Part shown: positions 8,345 to 14,768 of the stretch, piece after piece
Numbering within the stretch: the stretch's first letter is position 1
How the letters are laid out: every line of letters begins with the position of its first letter
DNA from: Actinomycetota bacterium
Lineage (GTDB): Bacteria; Actinomycetota; Thermoleophilia; Solirubrobacterales; Solirubrobacteraceae
NCBI GenBank assembly: GCA_046744275.1
Contig: JBKOYW010000411.1
Location: 1 to 33,728 of the forward strand
Direction of reading: 5' to 3'
DNA length: 33,728 bases
The notes under the pieces: generated by a model
Told to the model about the DNA's origin: nothing
The model's database searches: none
Seen by the model: the letters and a program-made list of their open reading frames with translations, nothing else
Position numbers and translations under genes: made by a program

Positions 8345-8794
8345 ATGTCCGACATCTACCACACGCCGCCGCAGGCGACCGCCGGATTGTCCACCGGACC
8401 GGTCTCGGACTACGGGGTCGAGGACCGCGGCATGGGCTGGCTCGTCTTCGCCGGGATCATGATGCTGATCGTCGGCGTGATGAACGTGATCTACGGGATC
8501 GCGGCAATCGACAACTCGAGCTTTTACGTCCAGGACGCCAAGTACGTCATCAGCGACCTCAACACGCTCGGCTGGGTCGTGCTCGTCGTCGGCGTCGTGC
8601 AGTTCTGCGCGGCCTTCGGCATCTGGCGCGGCGGCCAGATCGGCCGCTGGATCGGGATCGCCACCGCCTCCGCGAACGCGATCCTGCAGCTGCTGTTTAT
8701 CGCGTCGTACCCGTTCCTGTCGCTGGCGCTCTTCGCGATGAACCTGCTCGTCATCTACGGCCTCGCGGCCTACGGCGGCCGGCGCAACGCTTGA
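8345..8794 (+). CDS. Small 4-TM membrane protein, DUF7144-like (HdeD-like topology), paralog 1
   Basis: 149 aa, from ATG 8345 inside ORF 7262..8794. It aligns along its length with the products of 14334..14765 and 29065..29451. Shared stretches are IVGVMNVIYGIAAID, DLNT-GW, GRWIG and LLVIYGL. Confidence 0.8.
   Translation: MSDIYHTPPQATAGLSTGPVSDYGVEDRGMGWLVFAGIMMLIVGVMNVIYGIAAIDNSSFYVQDAKYVISDLNTLGWVVLVVGVVQFCAAFGIWRGGQIGRWIGIATASANAILQLLFIASYPFLSLALFAMNLLVIYGLAAYGGRRNA
8451..8548 (+). repeat. Dispersed paralogous DNA segment, copy A (pairs with 14422..14519)
   Basis: In my ungapped hand alignment, 87 of 98 positions are identical. This includes a 29-nt exact run (8468-8496 equals 14439-14467). 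Confidence 0.8.
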
Positions 8795-8827
8795 CCTCGG
8801 GAGTGGAGCGCACGGAGCCGACGGACG

Positions 8828-9154
8828 ATGCACGTGGAACGCGTGGAGCGGACCCTCCGCCGCCTCGCGCTCAACGATGAGCGGTCCCTGCGCTTCGCGC
8901 TGGCCGACCCGGGGATGGCGAGCGACCTCGACGCCAAGACCCAGGCGCTGATCCGACTCGGTGCCCTGCTCTCGGTCGGCGCCGCGACCGTGTCGCTGCG
9001 CTCCACGGTCGAGCTGGCGGCCGCGGCCGGCGCGACGGATGACGAGATCGTCGGCGTGCTGCTGGCGATCGCTCCGGCCGTCGGTCACGCGCGCGTGGTC
9101 GGCGTCGCCCCGAACCTCGGCCTCGCGCTCGGCTACGACTTCGACGACTCCTGA
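8828..9154 (+). CDS. Carboxymuconolactone decarboxylase (AhpD-like) family protein
   Basis: 108 aa. The pattern LDAKTQALIRLGALLSVGA...AGATDDEIVGVLLAIAPAVG...LGLALGYD matches short CMD-family proteins as I recall them. Confidence 0.75.
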   Translation: MHVERVERTLRRLALNDERSLRFALADPGMASDLDAKTQALIRLGALLSVGAATVSLRSTVELAAAAGATDDEIVGVLLAIAPAVGHARVVGVAPNLGLALGYDFDDS

Positions 9155-9260
9155 GGCGACCGTGCATCCGTCCGCCAGAGCCCGTGTACGCGCACGCGGA
9201 GGCGGGTACAGCCGATGTCCTACCCATGGCCTTGGTACGACATCACCGCCCGCTACTGCT

Positions 9261-9500
9261 GAGCGCCTGACCGCCATTGTCACGGCCCTGAGCAGCGCGG
9301 GCCTGCTGACCGCCGCGATCCTCGTCCCGGCACCGAGCGCCGTCCTCGTTCCCATCGTCGCGGTCTGCATCGCCATGCCGATGGCGGCCGCGTGGGATCT
9401 TTCGCGGGTCACCGCCGCGATCGGACCGCGGCTCGACCCGTACGAGCTGCGTCGCCAGCTCGACCGGCTGCCTGAGACGCCGCACCCGCTCGATCTCTGA
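9261..9500 (+). CDS. Small two-TM protein ending in ELRRQLDRLPETPHPL; start unresolved, possibly frameshifted
   Basis: This is the 3' part of ORF 8961..9500. Third positions become strongly G/C only from about 9261 onward. There is no in-frame ATG or GTG nearby. An ATG at 9215 with GGAGG (9198-9202) lies in another frame and stops at 9260-9262. See the related finding. Confidence 0.4.
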   Translation, partial: ERLTAIVTALSSAGLLTAAILVPAPSAVLVPIVAVCIAMPMAAAWDLSRVTAAIGPRLDPYELRRQLDRLPETPHPLDL

Positions 9501-10371
9501 GGCGCGACAGGCGGCGCTGCAGCAGGAGCGTCGAGATGCCACCCACCAGCAGCATCGCGATGTTGACGGCGAGCACCGCGAGCGCGCCCAGCACCTTCGC
9601 GACCTCGCCCTCGCCCGCCGCGACGCCGAGGTAGGCAGCGGCCGGGATCGTGGTGATCGAGATCCCCACGCCGACGGCGGCGCTGGCGCGCGTCTCGACC
9701 GCCAGCATCCCGGCGATGCCGGCCGCGAGCGCGACGCCGCACGTCGACGTGTTGACCGTGGTGAGCCCGGCCAGCGCCGCCTCGCCGACCTCGAAGCCGG
9801 GCGGCAGCTCGCCGATCGCGCGGAGCCCCACGGTGAGCAGCGCGCCGCTCACGCAGGCGGCACCGAGGCCGACCACGAGCGTCAGGAGCGCCTTCCCCGC
9901 GAGGCTCCACCGTCGCGCGACGGCGGCGGCGCACGCGGCCGTCACCGGCAGCAGATCGGGGCTCACGGCCATCGCTCCGACGATCAGGATCGTGTTGACC
10001 TCGATCACGCCGAACGCGGCGATCACGCCTGCGGCCACCATGAACGTCAGGTAGCGGGCGACCGGCCTGGCGTTCACGGTCGCGTGGCTCAGGACGTCAG
10101 CCCAGATCAGGCTGGCCCCCGAGGGGCCGCGGTGGATCGGCCCGACGTCGTCGAGGCGCACGAGCGCCACGTCCCTGTCCGGCACGCCCCGGTCCGCGAC
10201 CGAAGCGAGCACTCGGTCGGCCGCGCCAGGGCTCACCTCGGCCGTGAGCACCGCCTGGCCGGCTCGGACGGCCTCCGTGATCGCGACGCCGCGGACGGCT
10301 CCGCCGGCGTCCAGCCCGCGGCCGACCGTCTCGAGGGTGCGGGCGTGACCGTAGATCCTCAGCTCGAGCAT
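9409..10371 (-). CDS. DUF389 (TIGR00341-like) membrane protein
   Basis: 320 aa. An N-terminal soluble domain (MLELRIYG...) is followed by Gly/Ala-rich TM helices typical of DUF389. The last ~35 codons have A/T-rich third positions and overlap the convergent small ORF. Confidence 0.8.
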   Translation of the reverse strand: MLELRIYGHARTLETVGRGLDAGGAVRGVAITEAVRAGQAVLTAEVSPGAADRVLASVADRGVPDRDVALVRLDDVGPIHRGPSGASLIWADVLSHATVNARPVARYLTFMVAAGVIAAFGVIEVNTILIVGAMAVSPDLLPVTAACAAAVARRWSLAGKALLTLVVGLGAACVSGALLTVGLRAIGELPPGFEVGEAALAGLTTVNTSTCGVALAAGIAGMLAVETRASAAVGVGISITTIPAAAYLGVAAGEGEVAKVLGALAVLAVNIAMLLVGGISTLLLQRRLSRLRDRAGAASQAAGRAGDAARTGRAAVRSRR

Positions 10372-10494
10372 CGTCCCAGGTCCACGACGTCGTCCACCAG
10401 CGCGCGTCTGTCGCCGGCGAGCAGGACGCGCGCTGGACGGGCCGCACGCAGCAGGCGCGGGTCGAGCACGCGCACGGTGCTCAACCCCCGCGCT

Positions 10495-10710
10495 TCACGC
10501 CTTGCCCGGACCGGGTGAATCGCCGTCGTCGCCGGTGGCGCTGATCACGCGCCAGACGTCGACCGCCACGACGATTGCGATCAGGGCGATCGAGAGCACG
10601 GTCGCCAGTACGAGCCAGACGTCGTCGGTGTCGAAGATCGCGAGGATGCCGAGCATCAGCACCGCGAGGGCGGCGAGCACGAGCAGGAGGAGGCGGGCGA
10701 CCGGGATCAT
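10495..10710 (-). CDS. Small hypothetical two-TM protein (71 aa)
   Basis: ATG start and consistently G/C-rich third positions. Two clear hydrophobic helices are followed by an acidic tail. No family recognised. Confidence 0.5.
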   Translation of the reverse strand: MIPVARLLLLVLAALAVLMLGILAIFDTDDVWLVLATVLSIALIAIVVAVDVWRVISATGDDGDSPGPGKA

Positions 10711-10916
10711 TCCCGCGGATCGTGGGCGGGCTGGGAGGGACCGTCCTCACCCGAACGGGATGAACGTCTGCCGCCCGCGCACCCCGATCGCACGACCGCC
10801 GATGGAGGCGGCAGAGGGATGGCTCCCTACCTCATTAGGGGGGTACGCCTCCTTATGCGAAACAGAGGCGTGCTCCCTTGCCGTGCCACCCGCCGGGCGA
10901 AGAAGCTCACCGTCAG

Positions 10917-13100
10917 ATGACTGACGCGTCCACGCTGCTTCCCGTAGAGCTCGAACGCACGTCGCGCCGGCACCGGCCGCCTCGCCTCCGCACTGACACG
11001 TTGCGACGCGAGCGGCTGCTGCGCCGCCTTGCCCAGACCACCCACGTGCCGCTCGCGCTGATCGTCGCCCCAGCCGGCTACGGCAAGACGACGCTGCTCT
11101 CGCACTGGCTGCAGGACGACGCGCGCCCGGTGGTGTGGCTCACGGTCGACGAGGCCGACGACGACCCGGACAGCCTGATCAGGTCGATTGCGTTCGCGCT
11201 CGACGTGCTCGCCCCGGCCGATCTGACGCTCGCCGAGCTCGTCTACGCGATCGAAGGGCGCGAGGACACGTTCGTGCTCGTGCTCGACGATCTGCACCAC
11301 CTGCGGTCAGAAGACGCGCTCGCGGTGGTCATGGCCGTCGCCGATGCGGTGAGTCCCGGATCGCAGGTCGTCCTCGCCGGCCGCGAGGAGCCCGGCCTCC
11401 CGATCGGGCGCCTGCGTGCGCAGGGGCGGCTGATCGACCTCTGGGCGCGCGATCTCGTCATGACCCGGCGCGAGGCGGCGACGATGCTGAGCCTGGCCGA
11501 CCTCGAGCTCGCCGCCGACGACGTGCAGGTGCTGCTCGATCGCACCGAGGGCTGGCCGGCAGGCCTCTACCTCGCCGCGCTCTCGCTGCGCGGCACGCCG
11601 GACCCGCACCGAGCCGTGGCCCGGTTCGGCGGCGACGACCGGCTGCTCTCGGACTACCTCCGCGACGAGCTGCTGGCAGCGGTCGACGAGGAGCGGCTCG
11701 TCTTCCTCGAGTCGACGTCCGTCCTCGACGAGCTGTCCGGACCGGTGTGCGACGCGGTGCTGGAGCGCACGGGCTCGGGGAGCGTGCTGCGCGACATGTC
11801 ACGCTCGAATCTGCTGGTCGTGCCGCTCGACAACGCCGACGGGGCCTATCGCTACCACGCGCTCCTGGCCGACGTGCTACAGGCGGAGCTGCGCCGCAGC
11901 GAGCCCCGCCGCGAGGCCGAGCTGCACCGGCGGGCGAGCGACTGGTACGCCGGCGCGGGCGACGAGGAGCGCGCGATCGATCACGCGATCGCGGCCGGCG
12001 ACGTCGCGCGTGCCGGTGCGCTGCTCTGGACCACCGCCGCCGCGCGCGTGCTCGACGGACGAGCCGCCGAGGTCCGGTGCCGGCTCGATCGCTTCACGCC
12101 CGACCAGATCGCAGCGCATCCGACGCTCGCGCTCACGGCTGCCGCCCATCACCTCGCACGTGGCGAGCGCGACCTGGTCGAGCACTGGACGGCGGCGGCC
12201 CAGCGCAAGCTCGCCGGCTCCGACGTCGCGTCGCTGGAAGCGGGCGTCGAGATCATGCGCGCCGCGGTGGCGCGCGACGGCATCGGCCGGATGCAGCGCG
12301 ACGCTGCGCGCGCGTACGAGCGCTCGCCCGAGGACAGCCCGTGGCGATCGCTCTGCTGCCTGCTCTCGGGCGTCGGCGCGCAGCTCGCGGGCGATCGCGG
12401 CGAGGCGAGGCCCCACCTCGAGGAGGGCGCACGGCGCGGCGCGATCGCGGCGCCGAGCGTCCAGGCGCTCTGCCTGGCCCAGCTCGCGCTGCTCGCGATC
12501 GACGACGGCGACTGGGAGCAGGGACCGCTGCTTGCCGCGCGTGCCCGCTCGCAGGTCGAGCGCCTCGGCCTCGCGGAGCACCCCCCGACCGCACTCGTGT
12601 TCGCGGTGTCGGCGCTCGTGCGCGCGCATCGCGACCGCGTCGAGGACGCCCAGGCCGACCGGCGCCGCGCCACCGACCTGCTCACCAGGCTCGTGGACTA
12701 CGTCGCGTGGTACGACGTCGAGGCGCGCGTCGTGCTGGCCCGCGCCGCGCTCCGGCTCGGCGACGTGACCGGCACGCGGACGCTCCTCGGCGAAGCGTCG
12801 CGCGCGCTGGCGCACGACGCCGAGGCGGTCGTCCTCCGGGCGTGGATCGACGAGCTTTGGGGGCAGGTCGAGGCGTTCACGGTGACCGAGCTGGTCGGCC
12901 CGTCATCGCTGACGACGGCGGAGCTTCGGGTGCTCGCGCTGATGCCGACCCATCTCTCGTTCCGCGAGATGGGCCGGCGCCTGCACGTCTCGGCGAACAC
13001 GATCAAGACGCACGCGCACGCCGTCTACCGCAAGCTCGACGTCTGCTCGCGGTCCGAGGCGGTCGTGCGCGCGCGCAGCACGGGTCTGCTGGACGGCTAG
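10917..13100 (+). CDS. Large ATP-binding LuxR-family (MalT-like, LAL) transcriptional regulator
   Basis: Starts at ATG 10917 inside ORF 10878..13100. Walker A APAGYGKTTLL, Walker B FVLVLDDLH, a long helical repeat region, and a C-terminal LuxR HTH (LTTAELRVLALM...SANTIKTHAHAVYRKL). Confidence 0.9.
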   Translation: MTDASTLLPVELERTSRRHRPPRLRTDTLRRERLLRRLAQTTHVPLALIVAPAGYGKTTLLSHWLQDDARPVVWLTVDEADDDPDSLIRSIAFALDVLAPADLTLAELVYAIEGREDTFVLVLDDLHHLRSEDALAVVMAVADAVSPGSQVVLAGREEPGLPIGRLRAQGRLIDLWARDLVMTRREAATMLSLADLELAADDVQVLLDRTEGWPAGLYLAALSLRGTPDPHRAVARFGGDDRLLSDYLRDELLAAVDEERLVFLESTSVLDELSGPVCDAVLERTGSGSVLRDMSRSNLLVVPLDNADGAYRYHALLADVLQAELRRSEPRREAELHRRASDWYAGAGDEERAIDHAIAAGDVARAGALLWTTAAARVLDGRAAEVRCRLDRFTPDQIAAHPTLALTAAAHHLARGERDLVEHWTAAAQRKLAGSDVASLEAGVEIMRAAVARDGIGRMQRDAARAYERSPEDSPWRSLCCLLSGVGAQLAGDRGEARPHLEEGARRGAIAAPSVQALCLAQLALLAIDDGDWEQGPLLAARARSQVERLGLAEHPPTALVFAVSALVRAHRDRVEDAQADRRRATDLLTRLVDYVAWYDVEARVVLARAALRLGDVTGTRTLLGEASRALAHDAEAVVLRAWIDELWGQVEAFTVTELVGPSSLTTAELRVLALMPTHLSFREMGRRLHVSANTIKTHAHAVYRKLDVCSRSEAVVRARSTGLLDG

Positions 13101-13264
13101 GCCAGCAGGTTCGCCTTCTGCGCCGCGAACTCCTCGTCGGTCAGCAGTCCCTTCTCCTTGAGCTCGCCGAGCTCCGCGAGTTGCTGGATCGGATCCACCG
13201 CGGGCGGAGCCGGCTCTGGCTCGTACTGCTCGTACTGCTGCTGGGGCGGAGGCGCGTAGCTCAT
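13097..13264 (-). CDS. SHOCT-domain protein (55 aa as encoded), absent from the ORF track
   Basis: My own translation: MSYAPPPQQQYEQYEPEPAPPAVDPIQQLAELGELKEKGLLTDEEFAAQKANLLA. The C-terminal LxxLKxxGxLTxEEFxxxKxxLL is the SHOCT signature. Its ATG overlaps the upstream TGA (ATGA). Its stop overlaps the LuxR-gene stop. Confidence 0.8.
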   Translation of the reverse strand: MSYAPPPQQQYEQYEPEPAPPAVDPIQQLAELGELKEKGLLTDEEFAAQKANLLA

Positions 13265-13392
13265 GCGCCCGGGGACGTAGCCGCCCTGCTCCGACCAGCG
13301 CCGCCCTGGCGGCGCGAGACGCGGTTGCTGACGGCGGTGGCGGTACCGGCGATGGCGGCGGTGCGGACGACGCCGCGAAGCAGTCCGGGCAT
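13261..13392 (-). CDS. 43-codon ORF encoding the TM-helix N-terminal module usually fused to SHOCT (probably a fragment of a split gene)
   Basis: MPGLLRGVVRTAAIAGTATAVSNRVSRRQ... then an Arg/Gly-rich tail. It starts 2 nt after the DUF6325-like stop. From about 13295-13312 onward, the frame of the downstream SHOCT ORF is the more protein-like one (RRWSEQGGYVPGRMSY...). Confidence 0.5.
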   Translation of the reverse strand: MPGLLRGVVRTAAIAGTATAVSNRVSRRQGGAGRSRAATSPGA

Positions 13393-13394
13393 GG

Positions 13395-13808
13395 TCAGGC
13401 TCCCGTGGTGGACTCGGACTCGGTCGCGTCGAGCGACGCGAGGATCGCCTGGACGGGGATCCGCCCGCTGGCGACGAGCTGGCCGCCGCTGCGGCGCAGC
13501 GCGGCGGCGATGGGTGCGGCCCATGCGTTCTCCCAGACGAGCACGACGGCCGAGGTGCCGGGCTCGAGCGCGCTCGCGGCGTCGTCGACGTCGTCGGCGC
13601 CCAGCAGGCCCGAGGACGCGCCGTCGAACTCCGCGAACGCCGCGTGGCCGTTGCCGAGCTCGGTCATCTCGAGCCGCGTCACCGAGCCGTCGTCGGCCTT
13701 GCTGAGGAACGCGACGTCGAGGACCCGGACGATGCCGCGCTCGACCAGGTCCAGCAGCATCGGGGCGATCTCGCCGGCCGGCTGGCTTCCGCGCCATTCC
13801 AGGACCAC
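13395..13808 (-). CDS. DUF6325-like protein, as restarted at GTG 13808
   Basis: 137 aa. Matching stretches: EIAPMLLDLVERGIVRVLDVAFLSKADDGSV and AVVLVWENAWAAP. Immediately upstream in the same frame lie ATG GGG CCG ATC GAC TAG (13826-13809). This means the conserved N-terminus is interrupted by an amber codon. Confidence 0.72.
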   Translation of the reverse strand: MVLEWRGSQPAGEIAPMLLDLVERGIVRVLDVAFLSKADDGSVTRLEMTELGNGHAAFAEFDGASSGLLGADDVDDAASALEPGTSAVVLVWENAWAAPIAAALRRSGGQLVASGRIPVQAILASLDATESESTTGA

Positions 13809-13846
13809 CTAGTCGATCGGCCCCATCTCGTCGATCGGTGTATCGA

Positions 13847-14251
13847 TCATGCCCCGATCCCAGCGTCCCGCCCGTTGCGCTGCGTCATCCGAACCGGATG
13901 AGTCCGCACGGCGAAGTCGTCAGGCCCGATCAGGTCATGGCGAAGCGCGTCCACGAGGAGGCGCACCTCGGCGGCCATGTGCTCGCGCTCGACCCGCCGC
14001 AGCGCGACCGCGATCTGCCACCGCTGGCGCTCGTGGCGCCGCTCGTACGCGTCGACCGCCCACGTCGTCGCGACGAGCTCGCGCGAGGTATCGCATTCGG
14101 CGCAGCTCAGGACGACGCGCACCCGGACGCCGTCGCCGAGATCCTCGGCGCACCAGCGGCTGACGCTCTCCGATCCGCAGAGCGGGCAGCGGCGCAGGTT
14201 CGGCGGGCGGCGTCTGAGCACCGCCCAACCGTCGCACCCGCGGGCTCGCAC
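13847..14251 (-). CDS. Hypothetical zinc-ribbon protein (CPLCG ... CAEC) with a helical C-terminal half
   Basis: Lies in ORF 13847..14440. The 5' part of that ORF overlaps the opposite-strand gene starting at 14334, so I chose GTG 14251 (alternative GTG 14221). Four Cys residues are arranged as two CxxC knuckles. The start is uncertain. Confidence 0.5.
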   Translation of the reverse strand: MRARGCDGWAVLRRRPPNLRRCPLCGSESVSRWCAEDLGDGVRVRVVLSCAECDTSRELVATTWAVDAYERRHERQRWQIAVALRRVEREHMAAEVRLLVDALRHDLIGPDDFAVRTHPVRMTQRNGRDAGIGA

Positions 14252-14319
14252 AAGATCATCCGCATCGTACGAGGCCGCCCGCGGGGCCGGGGTGCAGGCT
14301 TGCCATCGCCCACACCAAC

Positions 14320-14325
14320 AAGGAG
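14320..14325 (+). promoter_or_regulatory. Shine-Dalgarno AAGGAG, 8 nt upstream of ATG 14334
   Basis: The ACAAGGAG context and spacing are the same as at 8331-8336. Confidence 0.6.
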
Positions 14326-14333
14326 CTGACCCG

Positions 14334-14765
14334 ATGGCACAGCCGTACGACACGCCGGGGGCGGCGGGCCGCCCGACGAAGAGCGCGTTCGAGATCGAGG
14401 GCCAGGGATGGGTGACCTTCTCCGGGATCATGATCCTCATCGTCGGCGTGATGAACGTGATCTACGGCATCGCGGCGATCGACACGTCGACGTTCTTCGT
14501 CCAGGACGCGAAGTACGTCGTCCTCAACGACCTCAACACGTGGGGCTGGGTGCTGCTAGTGGTCGGGGCCATCCAGGTCGTGGCCGCCTTCGGCATCTGG
14601 TCGCGCACGGCGTGGGGGCGGTGGATCGGGATCATCTCGGCGAGCTTCAACGCGATGCTCCAGCTCCTCTTCATCTCGTCGTTCCCGCTGGCGGCACTGG
14701 CGTTGTTCTCGATCGACATCCTGGTGATCTACGGCCTCGTGGCGTGGACCTACCGCGAGACGTGA
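14334..14765 (+). CDS. Small 4-TM membrane protein, DUF7144-like, paralog 2
   Basis: 143 aa, from ATG 14334 inside ORF 13977..14765. It is close to paralog 1 at both protein and DNA level. Confidence 0.85.
   Translation: MAQPYDTPGAAGRPTKSAFEIEGQGWVTFSGIMILIVGVMNVIYGIAAIDTSTFFVQDAKYVVLNDLNTWGWVLLVVGAIQVVAAFGIWSRTAWGRWIGIISASFNAMLQLLFISSFPLAALALFSIDILVIYGLVAWTYRET
14422..14519 (+). repeat. Dispersed paralogous DNA segment, copy B (pairs with 8451..8548)
   Basis: See copy A. 87 of 98 positions are identical by hand alignment, with a 29-nt exact run. Confidence 0.8.
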
Positions 14766-14768
14766 CGC

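Noticed and set aside
8309-9934. 541-aa minus-strand ORF. Similar giants: 11135-13705(+), 15720-17018(-), 16655-17833(-), 18832-20544(-), 20127-21839(-), 21722-22981(-), 23182-24375(-), 24988-26544(+), 26037-27449(+), 26770-29502(+), 26963-28630(-), 31039-32772(-), 32513-33451(-).
   Set aside because: Same reasoning. They are antisense or off-frame shadows of well-supported genes (gad neighbours, LAL regulator, zwf, GH15, GMC, ndh, cydAB2, antiporter, AI-2E, MFS, kinase, sulfatase), and their products are dominated by R, P, G, A and D runs.
10878-10916. Upstream ATG 10878 as the start of the LAL regulator, and ATG 27446 as the start of the MFS gene.
   Set aside because: Both remain possible. 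I preferred the downstream ATGs (10917, 27485) because the extra residues are Pro/Arg/Gly-rich and the shorter versions leave more promoter space. This is a judgement call, not a demonstrated start.
10760-10924. 54-codon plus-strand ORF (MNVCRPRTPIARPPMEAAEGW...) in the intergenic region upstream of the LAL regulator. The same region holds a 7-bp inverted repeat GGAGGCG...CGCCTCC (about 10803-10853).
   Set aside because: Third positions are mixed A/T/G/C and it overlaps the regulator start. The inverted repeat has a 38-nt spacer and short arms, consistent with chance.
14252-14440. Upstream 63 codons of the zinc-ribbon ORF (13847-14440).
   Set aside because: This part overlaps the opposite-strand paralog-2 gene and its ribosome-binding site. 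It reads as Cys/Trp/Pro-rich noise. An internal GTG (14251 or 14221) is more plausible, though unproven.
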